Assembly (NCBI GenBank): GCA_964455085.1
Contig: CAYVYJ010000005.1
Span: forward strand, 21,239 to 85,238
Length of the DNA stretch: 64,000 nucleotides
Reading direction: 5' to 3'
Source of the DNA: an uncultured Planctomycetia bacterium
GTDB taxonomy: Bacteria; Omnitrophota; Gorgyraeia; Duberdicusellales; 4484-171
The notes under the pieces were generated by a model. The model saw only the letters and a program-made list of their open reading frames with translations, was not told the origin of the DNA and did not search any database. Every line of letters begins with the position of its first letter. Positions within the stretch are counted from its first letter, which is position 1. The translations under genes and the position numbers were made by a program. Below, piece by piece: positions 16,706 to 26,098 of this stretch.

Positions 16706-17195
16706 AAATTTTCTCTAATATTTTTTCAAAACGCTGGACAATGATTTCGGTCGCTTCTTGAACATCCTTTGCCTTCACATTAATCCAGTGTATATACAAA
16801 ATACCTTTATCGCGATCAATATCCACACTCATTGTACCGGGAGTTAAAGTTATTGAGTTAGCTAAGAATGTTAAAGCGGTATCGCTCTTTAAAGCTGTCT
16901 TTACTTTAACAATTCCCGGATTTATCGGTAGCTGTGGATGCAAGACTCGATAGGCAACGTCAATATTTGCTTTGATAACTTCCCACAAAAATACTGGCAA
17001 ATAATAGGCGAAGAAATATAGGTAACGTAAAGGATGTTTTAGCAGATGAGGCCGAGTGATAAATAAATCTCCGGTTAAAATAGTTACCAGAACAGCAACA
17101 AAAATTCCGGCTATAAGATGTTGAGTGTCCGGCACCCAACTTAGCAGGGACCAGATTACAAATGCTATTAAAAGTAAAACTACTCTGCTCTTCAT
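16698..17195 (-). CDS. mrpE: Mrp antiporter subunit E-like (MbhA-like)
   Basis: 165 aa with MnhE-like topology and size. It overlaps its neighbours, consistent with translational coupling. Confidence 0.6.
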   Translation of the reverse strand: MKSRVVLLLIAFVIWSLLSWVPDTQHLIAGIFVAVLVTILTGDLFITRPHLLKHPLRYLYFFAYYLPVFLWEVIKANIDVAYRVLHPQLPINPGIVKVKTALKSDTALTFLANSITLTPGTMSVDIDRDKGILYIHWINVKAKDVQEATEIIVQRFEKILEKIFD

Positions 17196-18700
17196 TGATT
17201 TATCTGGGTTAAAACTAAACTACTATATTTACTGCTTTCTAAAAGAACACCTGAGGCCGGCTGCAGAAAAACTTCTTTTACCCCGGAGGCAAACAAAACT
17301 CCTCCTAGCAAACAAATAAATGCTAATATTAGCATCGAGAGCTTCATCAACGCCGGTACTTCTTTCACTTGGCGCCACCTCTGGCTTAAGTTTCCAAAAA
17401 AAGCATATTTCATAACCTTAACATACATAGCTAAAGTTAATACACTAACTAAAACCAGCCAAAAAGCATACCCATAGTGACCAGCTTCTACGGTTGCCAG
17501 TATAATAAATAGCTTGCTCCAGAAACCACTAAAAGGGGGAACACCGGCGACAGACATAGAAGCAGTTAAATTAGTTAGGCAAGTTAAAGGCATCTTTTTT
17601 CCTAAACCGCCCATCTTTTGTAAATCCCGGGTTCCGGTAGCATATTCTACCGCTCCCGAATTTAGGAATAGAAGCGATTTAAATACTGAGTGATTAAAAA
17701 GATGAAAAAGTCCAGCTAATATACCTAAGGGTGTACCTAAGCCAATAGCCAGAACAATATAACCTACCTGGCTTATCGAGGAATAAGCCAAGAGTCGCTT
17801 AAAATCCCATTGTCCTAAAGCCAGTAATCCTCCGACCACCATAGATATTACCCCCAAGAACATTATTATTGAAGATAGTTCTCGGGTCATCCCTAATAGA
17901 TTATAGAATATTCTAATTAAAGCATAGATTCCCAGCGATTTTATCAATACTCCTGAAAGCATGGCTGATATTGGGGCCGGAGCTGAAGGATGAGCATCAG
18001 GCAACCAAGCATGAAAAGGAACCAGGGCAGCTTTAAGACCAAAACCCATTAAAAATAAAACGCTCACCAGAAGAACCAGGTTAGTAGCCGGTTCTTTAGC
18101 TAAAATAGCCCCCATATCAGCAATATTTAAAGTGGAAGTTAAGCCGTACAAAAGGGCAATGCCTAAAAGGATAAACAAAGACCCTACTGTACCCATAATC
18201 GCATATTTAAAAGCAGCTTCTAACTCATGACGTTCAGTTCCAAAAGCAACCAAAGCATAACTTGCCACCGAAGCAATTTCCAAAAATACAAAGAGATTAA
18301 ATATGTCGCCGGTAATAATCACTCCGTTCATTCCAGCCAACATTAAAAAAAAGAGTGAATAGAACTTCCACTTGGAAGTATACTTTTCCATATAATTTAT
18401 TGAATAGATTACGATGATGAATGCCACTAAATTTACAGTCACTAACATAAATGCAGTTAAACCATCCAAAACCAAGCCGATACCTACCGGTGGTTTCCAA
18501 TTTCCCACGCTATAGACAAGAATCCCCTGATTATTACGTAAGAAGACACTTAAAAAAGATAAAATACAGAGAACAAAAGCAGCTAAAACTCCTAATAGAT
18601 CCGGTGCTGGTTTTATTTTCTTTCCCAGAAGAGAAGTTAAAAAGGCTGCTCCCAAAGGTATAACTACAAATAATGGTATTATGTTAGCTGACGGATTCAT
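17192..18700 (-). CDS. Mrp subunit D / NuoM/N-like proton-pumping antiporter subunit
   Basis: 502 aa and polytopic. The NuoN/MrpD-family GGLAL...HAWLPDAH region is present. Confidence 0.8.
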   Translation of the reverse strand: MNPSANIIPLFVVIPLGAAFLTSLLGKKIKPAPDLLGVLAAFVLCILSFLSVFLRNNQGILVYSVGNWKPPVGIGLVLDGLTAFMLVTVNLVAFIIVIYSINYMEKYTSKWKFYSLFFLMLAGMNGVIITGDIFNLFVFLEIASVASYALVAFGTERHELEAAFKYAIMGTVGSLFILLGIALLYGLTSTLNIADMGAILAKEPATNLVLLVSVLFLMGFGLKAALVPFHAWLPDAHPSAPAPISAMLSGVLIKSLGIYALIRIFYNLLGMTRELSSIIMFLGVISMVVGGLLALGQWDFKRLLAYSSISQVGYIVLAIGLGTPLGILAGLFHLFNHSVFKSLLFLNSGAVEYATGTRDLQKMGGLGKKMPLTCLTNLTASMSVAGVPPFSGFWSKLFIILATVEAGHYGYAFWLVLVSVLTLAMYVKVMKYAFFGNLSQRWRQVKEVPALMKLSMLILAFICLLGGVLFASGVKEVFLQPASGVLLESSKYSSLVLTQINQ

Positions 18701-19041
18701 CCTCTTAACTCCCGAATTTTAGTAATATCAAAAGTACCATATTTCTCATATATCCTCATGGCAATAGCAACTAGTAAGGCAGTAGTAGCCAGACCAATAA
18801 CAATAGCCGTGAGCACCAAAGCATGGGGCAGGGGATCAACCATATTAGAGGCAGAAATATCTCCTTGGGGAGAAAATATCGGCGCTCTACCTTTGATACG
18901 ATAAGCTACCAAGATAAAAAACAAATTAGCGGCATACTCAGATATGATCACCCCGACAATAATCTTAATTATATTACGCTTCCTTAAAATACAATAAAGA
19001 CCGACACAAAAAAGCCCTAAACAAAGTAAATATACAATCAT
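18697..19041 (-). CDS. Mrp subunit C / NuoK-like (MbhG-like)
   Basis: 114 aa with three TM helices; similar to MnhC. Confidence 0.7.
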   Translation of the reverse strand: MIVYLLCLGLFCVGLYCILRKRNIIKIIVGVIISEYAANLFFILVAYRIKGRAPIFSPQGDISASNMVDPLPHALVLTAIVIGLATTALLVAIAMRIYEKYGTFDITKIRELRG

Positions 19042-19541
19042 TCTTTCTTCTCCGGTTCTAGCTTTAACAAAACTAAAGCAACGAATATTGCAAAAAGCCC
19101 GGCGCCGACCTTAAGGCATATCGCTATATTACAAAGAGGGATTATGCCGGCCGAGAATAAACTAAAAACTTTGCCCTTAGCTATGAAATTTAAGAAAAAA
19201 TAACCCCCAGTAAATCCAAGCAGAGCTATGGTCAAAAATAATAAGGCACCGGTGCTTTCAAAAAACGAGACTGCTTTCTTTGGTAAACGCTTAAAAACTA
19301 CCTCTTTACCGTAAGCAAGCATAAGATGAATAAAAGAAAGAGCAATAATAACCCCTCCAGCAAACCCTCCTCCCGGTGATAGATGACCATGGGTAACTAT
19401 ATAAATACCATAAAGAAGTATTAACCCCACCGTAAGACGAGTAATTGTTTTAACAATAACTGACATGCCTTTTTCGTGTTCTCTACTCATCTTCTTCCTC
19501 TGGCGCCTCCCCCGGTCTCCTCCTGCCGATTCTGCGCACAA
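19038..19541 (-). CDS. MnhB-domain membrane subunit (MbhE/F-like)
   Basis: The MnhB motif HLSPGGGFAGG is present. The true start is probably the internal MSVIVK near 19466; the N-terminal 25 aa of the track ORF overlap the upstream gene. Confidence 0.6.
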   Translation of the reverse strand: MCAESAGGDRGRRQRKKMSREHEKGMSVIVKTITRLTVGLILLYGIYIVTHGHLSPGGGFAGGVIIALSFIHLMLAYGKEVVFKRLPKKAVSFFESTGALLFLTIALLGFTGGYFFLNFIAKGKVFSLFSAGIIPLCNIAICLKVGAGLFAIFVALVLLKLEPEKKE

Positions 19542-20031
19542 TAGCTAAAACACCAATTACAGCAGTGAACAATATCGTAGCCTCCCCCAGGGTATCATAA
19601 GCTCTAAAATCCAATATCACTGAAGAAACAACATTAGCTGCCCCGGTTTGAGATAAGCCTTGGTTAAGATAAGCTCTTGCAACCTTCATAACGGGATATC
19701 CGAATTCCGGCAATTCCCTTAAAGCTTTGACCGATATAAACAAAAATACAGCAATAAAAGCTGTAACGATAAAAGTGTTCAGTAACCATCTCCCGGTTGT
19801 TGAAAAAGGAATATCTTTTCTCAAAGTAGCTCTAATCAAAATAATCAAACACAATATCTCAACAACCAGCTGGGTAATGGCTACATCCGGTGCTTTAAGT
19901 ATTAAAAAGACTATGGAAAGCCCTAAACCTACAGCTCCCACAGCTATTACTGAGGAAAGAAGATCCTTTAACTCAGTGGCAACAATTGCCCCAACAATCA
20001 TAAATATTAGTAAAATATATAACTCAAACAT
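19483..20031 (-). CDS. MrpB-like subunit (DUF4040 plus MnhB domain; MbhD/E-like)
   Basis: The MnhB domain VVSSVILDFRAYDTLGEATILFTAV is present. Confidence 0.65.
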   Translation of the reverse strand: MFELYILLIFMIVGAIVATELKDLLSSVIAVGAVGLGLSIVFLILKAPDVAITQLVVEILCLIILIRATLRKDIPFSTTGRWLLNTFIVTAFIAVFLFISVKALRELPEFGYPVMKVARAYLNQGLSQTGAANVVSSVILDFRAYDTLGEATILFTAVIGVLAIVRRIGRRRPGEAPEEEDE

Positions 20032-20034
20032 TGT

Positions 20035-21690
20035 TTAGCCCCGTAAAATGTAAAAAATCATTATCATAGCTAAAAGACACCAAGCCAAATATGTAGGAAG
20101 TACGCCATTGTGAACGTAACGTAATATCCTGATAAAAACAAAAGTTACCCTTCTGCTTAAATCGTAAAGATCGAAAACTTTTTTCTCAGCTAATTTATAA
20201 ATGGCCTTTAAAATCCCTATTTCCTGGATTGTATTGTAAAACTCAGTTCCTGAAACCCGCATATCTAGGTGTCTTCTTAAATCCTCACCGCCTACAAAGC
20301 CTGCTGTTTCCCTTATTTTGGCAGCTTTGCCTAAAAGATAGATTACCATCCCAATTGCAATTCCCACAATTATTAATAACGTGGCTAAGCTTACGTTCCA
20401 GATACCAAGAAATTCTACCCCGCCCCCTAAACTGGGGAAAATAAACATCTTAAGCGGAATCTGATAGGCAAAAACTCCAAAAATAACACAGAGTGAGGCT
20501 AAGAAGACTTGAGGAAACCACATATTTGGTCCAACATCCTTTAGGACTTTACCAGCGATCCCTGACTCTGAAGACGGCTGGCCTAAAAATACAGCATGGA
20601 TTAATTTCATAAAACTAGCTAAAGTAAGGGCGCTACCAAACATAGCCGCGGTTAGCCAAATTACCCATAGGTATCCTCCGCTCTTGGCGGTTTCAATTAT
20701 GCCCTGATAAATCATCCACTTAGAAGCAAATCCATTAAAAGGTGGTACTCCTGATATAGCTAAGGACGCTAACAAGAAGGCTCCAAAAGTAATCGGCATA
20801 ACTTTAGCCAAACCACCTAATTTTTCTAAATCACTTGTTCCAGCTTTCTTTTCTACCGCCCCACCGCCCAAAAAGAGACAAGATTTATAAATAGTATTAT
20901 TGAGCATATGAAACAGGCCCCCAGCAATACCCAAGAGACTGCCGGTACCAATACCCAAAACCATATACCCCACCTGACTTACGGCATGATAACCTAAGAG
21001 TCGTTTTAGGTCATGTTGAATTAAGGCCATCATAACTGCCGCCACAATAGTAATACTACCTACCAGCATTAAAAAAGTATTCATACCTTTATCCATCTGA
21101 AAAATATTTAAAGACAATCTGACTAAGAAGTAAATACCCAGAAGCTTATCTAGAGAAGCTGGCAGAAAGGCAGCCACCGGAGTCGGCGCATCTTCGGCGG
21201 TATCAGGCACCCAGGTATGAAAAGGCATAGCGCCAGCTTTAGCAAAAGCACCGGCAGCCAGACAAAGATAAGCCCAGACAGCTATCTTACTATCTAAAGC
21301 AATGTTTAACGTATCCATCTGCGCTACTCCTGATAGCTTCCAAACCAAGGCTAAACCCAAAAGCATAAAAGCGTCAGTGCCACCGATTATTATAAAAGCC
21401 TTTTTTGCCGTAGCCGGAGTCTTATCGCTCTTACCAAAACTGATTAAAAGGTATAAGAGTAAACCTAAGAAACCCCAGAAGACCATAAACAAAATAAGAT
21501 TGTTAGAAAAGACAGCACCTAAGGAAACAATAAAGGTAAGCACTATATATAGGTAATAACGAAACAGTCCTTTGCTTCCACGCATAAAGCCTAATGAGTA
21601 GCTAACCGTAAGGATAGTGAATATCCCGATAAATATACCTACAAAACCGGAAAGTTTATCGATCTTAAATAACTCGCCTGCTAAGTTCAT
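20035..21690 (-). CDS. MrpA/D / NuoL-like antiporter subunit (MbhH-like)
   Basis: 551 aa and polytopic. The NuoL/MrpD-family core (HTWVPDTAEDAPTPV) is present. Confidence 0.8.
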   Translation of the reverse strand: MNLAGELFKIDKLSGFVGIFIGIFTILTVSYSLGFMRGSKGLFRYYLYIVLTFIVSLGAVFSNNLILFMVFWGFLGLLLYLLISFGKSDKTPATAKKAFIIIGGTDAFMLLGLALVWKLSGVAQMDTLNIALDSKIAVWAYLCLAAGAFAKAGAMPFHTWVPDTAEDAPTPVAAFLPASLDKLLGIYFLVRLSLNIFQMDKGMNTFLMLVGSITIVAAVMMALIQHDLKRLLGYHAVSQVGYMVLGIGTGSLLGIAGGLFHMLNNTIYKSCLFLGGGAVEKKAGTSDLEKLGGLAKVMPITFGAFLLASLAISGVPPFNGFASKWMIYQGIIETAKSGGYLWVIWLTAAMFGSALTLASFMKLIHAVFLGQPSSESGIAGKVLKDVGPNMWFPQVFLASLCVIFGVFAYQIPLKMFIFPSLGGGVEFLGIWNVSLATLLIIVGIAIGMVIYLLGKAAKIRETAGFVGGEDLRRHLDMRVSGTEFYNTIQEIGILKAIYKLAEKKVFDLYDLSRRVTFVFIRILRYVHNGVLPTYLAWCLLAMIMIFYILRG

Positions 21691-22871
21691 TTAATACCCA
21701 ATTTACTTTTTATCTTTGCGGTCTTCTCCTGAGAGAGCCGGATTAAGTCTTCTCCGCCATAGAGCTTCTTACCCCTGGTATCACGCACAGCCATCCTTTC
21801 GGTACAACAATAGCAAGGATCAATAGCGGCAAAAATTATCGTAGCATCAGCTATAGTCTGGCCAACAACAGTTGATTTATAAGTTGGTAGATTCATAAAG
21901 GTTGGTGCCCGTATCTTATGGCGAGCCGGCCGGTTAGTGCCGTCACTGACCAGATAATGAAAACACTCTCCTCGGGGAGCCTCAATCTGGCCGATTCCTT
22001 CTCCGGGAGGAATACTTTTAATATTCGCGTCAATATCACCTCCAGGCAGATTTAGGAGACAGTGTTTTATTATCTTTACTGACTCAAAAGTCTCTAAAAT
22101 CCTTACTACAGCTTTATCAAAAACATCACCGTTTGAGGTCACGATCATCTTCCAATCAACTTGATCATAAGCTCCGTAAGGGCAATCTTTTCTTAAGTCT
22201 TTGGCTACTCCTGAGGCCCGGGAAGTTGGCCCGAGAGCTGAATAATCTATGGCTTCTTCTTTAGTGAGAACACCGACCCTCTTGGTTCGGGCATGCAGGA
22301 CCGGATCGTCAATAACTGCCTTTTTAAGCATTGTCAATGTCGGTATAATTGAATCGATTTTCTTAATAACCCCGGGGATATCACTGGATTTTATATCTCT
22401 TCTTACCCCTCCTGGTTTAAACATAGCGTAATTATTTCTATTACCCGCTAAAACCTCCATTGCATCCAAGATCTCTTCTCTTAACTTCCAGGCCCACATA
22501 TAAACAGTATTGTAGCCTAAGAAGTGACCGGCTAAACCCAACCACAAAAGATGTGAGTGTATTCTCTCGCCCTCAGCAATTATGGTCCGAATATACTTAG
22601 CCCGCGGTGGTACTTCTATCGGTATCACATCCTCAACGGCCCGGGTATAAGCAAAAGGGTGACTGGTAGAGCAAATACCGCAGATTCTTTCGACAACAAA
22701 AGTAGATTGGTCAAAGGTCTTCATCTCAGAGAGTTTTTCAATACCCCGGTGATTATAACCAACCTCGACATCAACCCCTACGATTTTCTCACCTTCTACA
22801 GTAAGAGTGAAAAACTCCGGTTCTTCCTGCAGGGGATGATAAGGCCCTATCGGTACTATTGTTCTAGCCAT
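21687..22871 (-). CDS. [NiFe] hydrogenase large subunit, group 4 (NuoD-like; MbhL/EchE/HycE-type)
   Basis: Both metal-binding motifs are present: N-terminal RICGICSTSH (RxCGxCxxxH) and C-terminal DPCYCCTER (DPCxxCxxR, the group-4 variant). The length is 394 aa. Confidence 0.85.
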   Translation of the reverse strand: MARTIVPIGPYHPLQEEPEFFTLTVEGEKIVGVDVEVGYNHRGIEKLSEMKTFDQSTFVVERICGICSTSHPFAYTRAVEDVIPIEVPPRAKYIRTIIAEGERIHSHLLWLGLAGHFLGYNTVYMWAWKLREEILDAMEVLAGNRNNYAMFKPGGVRRDIKSSDIPGVIKKIDSIIPTLTMLKKAVIDDPVLHARTKRVGVLTKEEAIDYSALGPTSRASGVAKDLRKDCPYGAYDQVDWKMIVTSNGDVFDKAVVRILETFESVKIIKHCLLNLPGGDIDANIKSIPPGEGIGQIEAPRGECFHYLVSDGTNRPARHKIRAPTFMNLPTYKSTVVGQTIADATIIFAAIDPCYCCTERMAVRDTRGKKLYGGEDLIRLSQEKTAKIKSKLGIK

Positions 22872-23344
22872 TACACTCCTCTATCCCTAATTGCATTCTT
22901 ATCCCACTCTTGATAATCCCGACGCAAAGGATACACGCCTTCCGGCCAATCATCAGGCAAAAGCAGCCTTTTTAAGTCCGGATGACCCTTAAATTTTATC
23001 CCTAACATCTCGTAAATTTCTCGTTCAATCCAATTAGCAGCTTTAAATATCGGAGCAAGAGAAGCAATTTCCAGTTTACTTTTATCAAGTTTTATTCGTA
23101 AAGAAAGTACGAAATTCATAGCATCAAAGGTAAAGTGATAGAGAATCTCCATGTGCGAACGGGCATCTAGACCCGAGGCGATGCTAAACCTGGCTCCTAA
23201 GTCTTTAAAGGTATAGCTGGCTATTTTAGTTAAAGCAGCAGGTTTAATCTCCAGATATACCCGTTTAGAAGATTTATCGTTAAGCTCAATAATATCTTCC
23301 TTAAATCTTTGGCTTATGTTCTTTAAAACCGCGTCTTTATCCAT
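22871..23344 (-). CDS. NuoC-like subunit (MbhK/HycE N-domain-like)
   Basis: 157 aa, belonging to the 30-kDa-subunit family. Confidence 0.7.
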   Translation of the reverse strand: MDKDAVLKNISQRFKEDIIELNDKSSKRVYLEIKPAALTKIASYTFKDLGARFSIASGLDARSHMEILYHFTFDAMNFVLSLRIKLDKSKLEIASLAPIFKAANWIEREIYEMLGIKFKGHPDLKRLLLPDDWPEGVYPLRRDYQEWDKNAIRDRGV

Positions 23345-23784
23345 TATTTACCCTTTTCTTCAATCGTGCTTTCAACCTTTCCGATCAGCTTAACTACACC
23401 GGCAATAATTGCTTCTGGTTTAGGTGGACAACCAGGGATGTAAACATCAACAGGAATAATCTTATCCACCGGAACCGGACAATTATAACTGTGAATGAAC
23501 ATCCCCCGGGACAAAGAGCACTCTCCGATTGCCACCACCAGACAAGGCTTAGGTATCTGCTCATATAACCTCTTCACCCTCTCCATTGACTTTCGGTTAG
23601 CTGAACCAGTAACTAAAAGAACGTCAGCGTGTCTTATGCTCCCGGCTAAAATCATTCCAAATCTTTCAATATCAAACCGGGGAGTAAGACAATCCAATAT
23701 CTCAATATCACAATTATTACAGCTTCCAGTAGCAAGATGGAAGACCCAAGGTGATTTTAATAGTGCTTTTAATTTTAGGCTCAT
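23344..23784 (-). CDS. [NiFe] hydrogenase small subunit, group 4 (NuoB-like; MbhJ/HycG)
   Basis: The four cluster cysteines are present: ATGSCNNCDIE, GECSLSRGMF and YIPGCPPKPEAI. Confidence 0.8.
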   Translation of the reverse strand: MSLKLKALLKSPWVFHLATGSCNNCDIEILDCLTPRFDIERFGMILAGSIRHADVLLVTGSANRKSMERVKRLYEQIPKPCLVVAIGECSLSRGMFIHSYNCPVPVDKIIPVDVYIPGCPPKPEAIIAGVVKLIGKVESTIEEKGK

Positions 23785-23785
23785 T

Positions 23786-24709
23786 TTACTTTCCGTTTAA
23801 GGCTAAAATCACCGCTAACCCAGCAATTATAGTCATTGGACCCCAAAAGAACCGCATTGCTTGACCAATTTTTACCCGCGGGTTAGTATTTCTAATAACT
23901 GTTATCAGTGCTACTAATCCCAGGTACTTTAAGGCTCCCAGAATTAAACCTATCCCAGTGAATTTTAAACCGCCCATAAGAAGAATCATTATGAAAAAAG
24001 GTAAGACAAATAAAAGCATATTTTTAGTAAGTCGATAGAGGGCTAAGGCGGTACCGGAATACTCGATTAAAGGTCCGCCGATTATCTCGGTCTCAGCCTC
24101 TGGGATATCAAAAGGGACTAAAGCTAACTTTGCCTGCATACAAATTATAAGAACAATAAACGCCAATACCCCGGATAGATTCCCCAAGATTACTCCCTGT
24201 TGAGCTTGAAAAGTTATAATCTGGCCTAAACTTAAAGAATAATTGGATTTTATAACCGGGACTAATATTGCTAAAACAAAGGGAAGCTCATAGCTTAAGA
24301 TCAGCTTCATCTCCCGCGATGCCCCGATACTTGCTAAGGGATTACGCGAAGCAAAACCACCCAGAATAATGCTCATCGAAGGGATGGTTAATAAATACAA
24401 TACTACAATCAAATCTCCCAAAAAGCTCTTATCCGGCCAAATATTGTTTAACCAAAGAAGAGTCGATACTAAAATTACACTGGCAAAACCAATAACTGGA
24501 GCAATTAAAAAAGTTAACTTTGACGAACCAACCGGTACCAGAGTCTCCTTACCAAGAAGTTTTACGATATCGATCAATGGCTGCAACAGAGGCGGACCAA
24601 CTCGATATTGAATCCGGGCAGTGACCTTCCGGTCGACCCAACTAGCTAAAAGCCCGATAATGACCGTTGATGCAAACCCCAGCACTATAAAATAAAATAA
24701 GTAGATCAT
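23786..24709 (-). CDS. NuoH/HycD/MbhM-like membrane subunit
   Basis: 307 aa. The N-terminal NuoH-family motif is RKVTARIQYRVGPP. Confidence 0.8.
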   Translation of the reverse strand: MIYLFYFIVLGFASTVIIGLLASWVDRKVTARIQYRVGPPLLQPLIDIVKLLGKETLVPVGSSKLTFLIAPVIGFASVILVSTLLWLNNIWPDKSFLGDLIVVLYLLTIPSMSIILGGFASRNPLASIGASREMKLILSYELPFVLAILVPVIKSNYSLSLGQIITFQAQQGVILGNLSGVLAFIVLIICMQAKLALVPFDIPEAETEIIGGPLIEYSGTALALYRLTKNMLLFVLPFFIMILLMGGLKFTGIGLILGALKYLGLVALITVIRNTNPRVKIGQAMRFFWGPMTIIAGLAVILALNGK

Positions 24710-25272
24710 GCTTTTTCTCTATCCCAGTGGGTTGAATGGACAATTAGATTCTCTCCCACTAAGAAGGTATTTGAATCAAGCTCAACGTCGCCTGGTTTTA
24801 AACTTAAGGCACCGTAGCTGCAAGTCTTTATACATAAAGGTTCCTGGTCAAGATCCCTGCGATCTAAACAAAAGTCACAATTATGGATTAAGTAAGGGAC
24901 GTTTTCAGGATATATCGATCCATAAGGACAGGCATGAGAACAGGATTTACAACTTACACAACGCATATTATGCCGGATGAGAAGCTTATCTTTATCTTGC
25001 TGTTGTTCTAAGGCTTCAAAGGGACAGGCTCCGACACAATGCGGTTCTTCGCAGCGGCGGCAGACTAAAGCATAGGTGGCTAGCTCAGCTACCGAGATAA
25101 TACCGTTGTTGCCGGGATCTTGAGGATGATAAAAATAACTGCACTCAATCAAACAATCCTTACATTGGCCAGAAGCGCAGACGTCCAGATCAATAAATAG
25201 CCGCCTGTCTCTTCCTCTCCCAGCTTTTAAATTTAATTTACCTTGGTGTAGTTGTTCAGCGCTTGAGCTCAT
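24706..25272 (-). CDS. HycB/HydN-like polyferredoxin (multiple 4Fe-4S motifs)
   Basis: 16 cysteines arranged as CxxCxxCxxxCP-type repeats (CRRCEEPHCVGACP, CVSCKSCSHACP, CDFC...CIKTCSYGAL). Confidence 0.7.
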   Translation of the reverse strand: MSSSAEQLHQGKLNLKAGRGRDRRLFIDLDVCASGQCKDCLIECSYFYHPQDPGNNGIISVAELATYALVCRRCEEPHCVGACPFEALEQQQDKDKLLIRHNMRCVSCKSCSHACPYGSIYPENVPYLIHNCDFCLDRRDLDQEPLCIKTCSYGALSLKPGDVELDSNTFLVGENLIVHSTHWDREKA

Positions 25273-25273
25273 T

Positions 25274-26098
25274 TTAGTCCCAAATTTCGTGAAAATCTTT
25301 TATCTTATCGTAAGTAAAGACCGGACCGTCTTTGCAAGCATAGTAAGTCCCAATCCGGCAATGCCCGCACTTACCAATACCACAAGACATGTTCTTCTCC
25401 ATTGAAAGGTAAATATTCTCATCCTTAAACCCTGATTCCAAGAGCTTAAAAGTAACGAATTTCATCATTATCGGCGGTCCGCAAACCACAGCAACTCCTC
25501 TTTCACAGTCCATGGCTAAACCATCCAGAATTGTGGTTACCAGTCCCACATGGCCCTTCCACTTCTCATCACCCTTATCTACGGTAAGCCTTAAATCTAA
25601 ATCGTCTCGCTTTGCCCAATCGCTGACTTCACGCTTATAAACCAACTCCTGAGGGTTTCGACAACCACCTCGAAACAATAGTTTTTTAATTTCCCCTCTT
25701 ATTGTAAAAAGAGTATAGATAAGACTGCGTAAAGGAGCAAAACCAACCCCACCACCAATAACCAAAACTTCCCGGTCTTTAAACTTATCCAGTGGGTAAC
25801 CCAGACCTAAGGGACCTCTTACTCCGATAGAGGTGCCTTTCTTAAGTTCATGAATCTTATCGGTAACCTTACCAACCTTCATTACAGTTATTTCCATCGT
25901 ATCCTTTACTGATGGCTTTGAAGAGGGAGTAAAAGGGGCTTCTCCTACGCCAGGGATAGTCACTTCGATGAATTGACCAGTAGAAAAGCTTAGCGCTTCT
26001 TTAGGTTTAAATTTTATAGTCTTTATGGTCGGTGTCTCATCAATAACCTCAAGAACCTTAGCTTCGATCGAACGATAAGGATTTTTACATTTAGACAT
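25274..26098 (-). CDS. AsrB/PyrK/sulfhydrogenase-gamma-like FAD/NAD(P)-binding oxidoreductase with a C-terminal 2Fe-2S
   Basis: It has an FNR-like fold with the motif VIGGGVGFAPL and a terminal CGIGKCGHCRIG...CKDGPVF. Confidence 0.75.
   Translation of the reverse strand: MSKCKNPYRSIEAKVLEVIDETPTIKTIKFKPKEALSFSTGQFIEVTIPGVGEAPFTPSSKPSVKDTMEITVMKVGKVTDKIHELKKGTSIGVRGPLGLGYPLDKFKDREVLVIGGGVGFAPLRSLIYTLFTIRGEIKKLLFRGGCRNPQELVYKREVSDWAKRDDLDLRLTVDKGDEKWKGHVGLVTTILDGLAMDCERGVAVVCGPPIMMKFVTFKLLESGFKDENIYLSMEKNMSCGIGKCGHCRIGTYYACKDGPVFTYDKIKDFHEIWD

Noticed and set aside
18297-18500. 67-aa minus-strand ORF nested inside the 502-aa MrpD-like gene in another frame
   Set aside because: It overlaps a strongly supported membrane-protein gene, and its product has no membrane or domain features. 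It is a frame-shadow ORF. The same reasoning applies to 26297..26581, 28727..28933, 38427..38615, 39528..39728 and 50311..50535.
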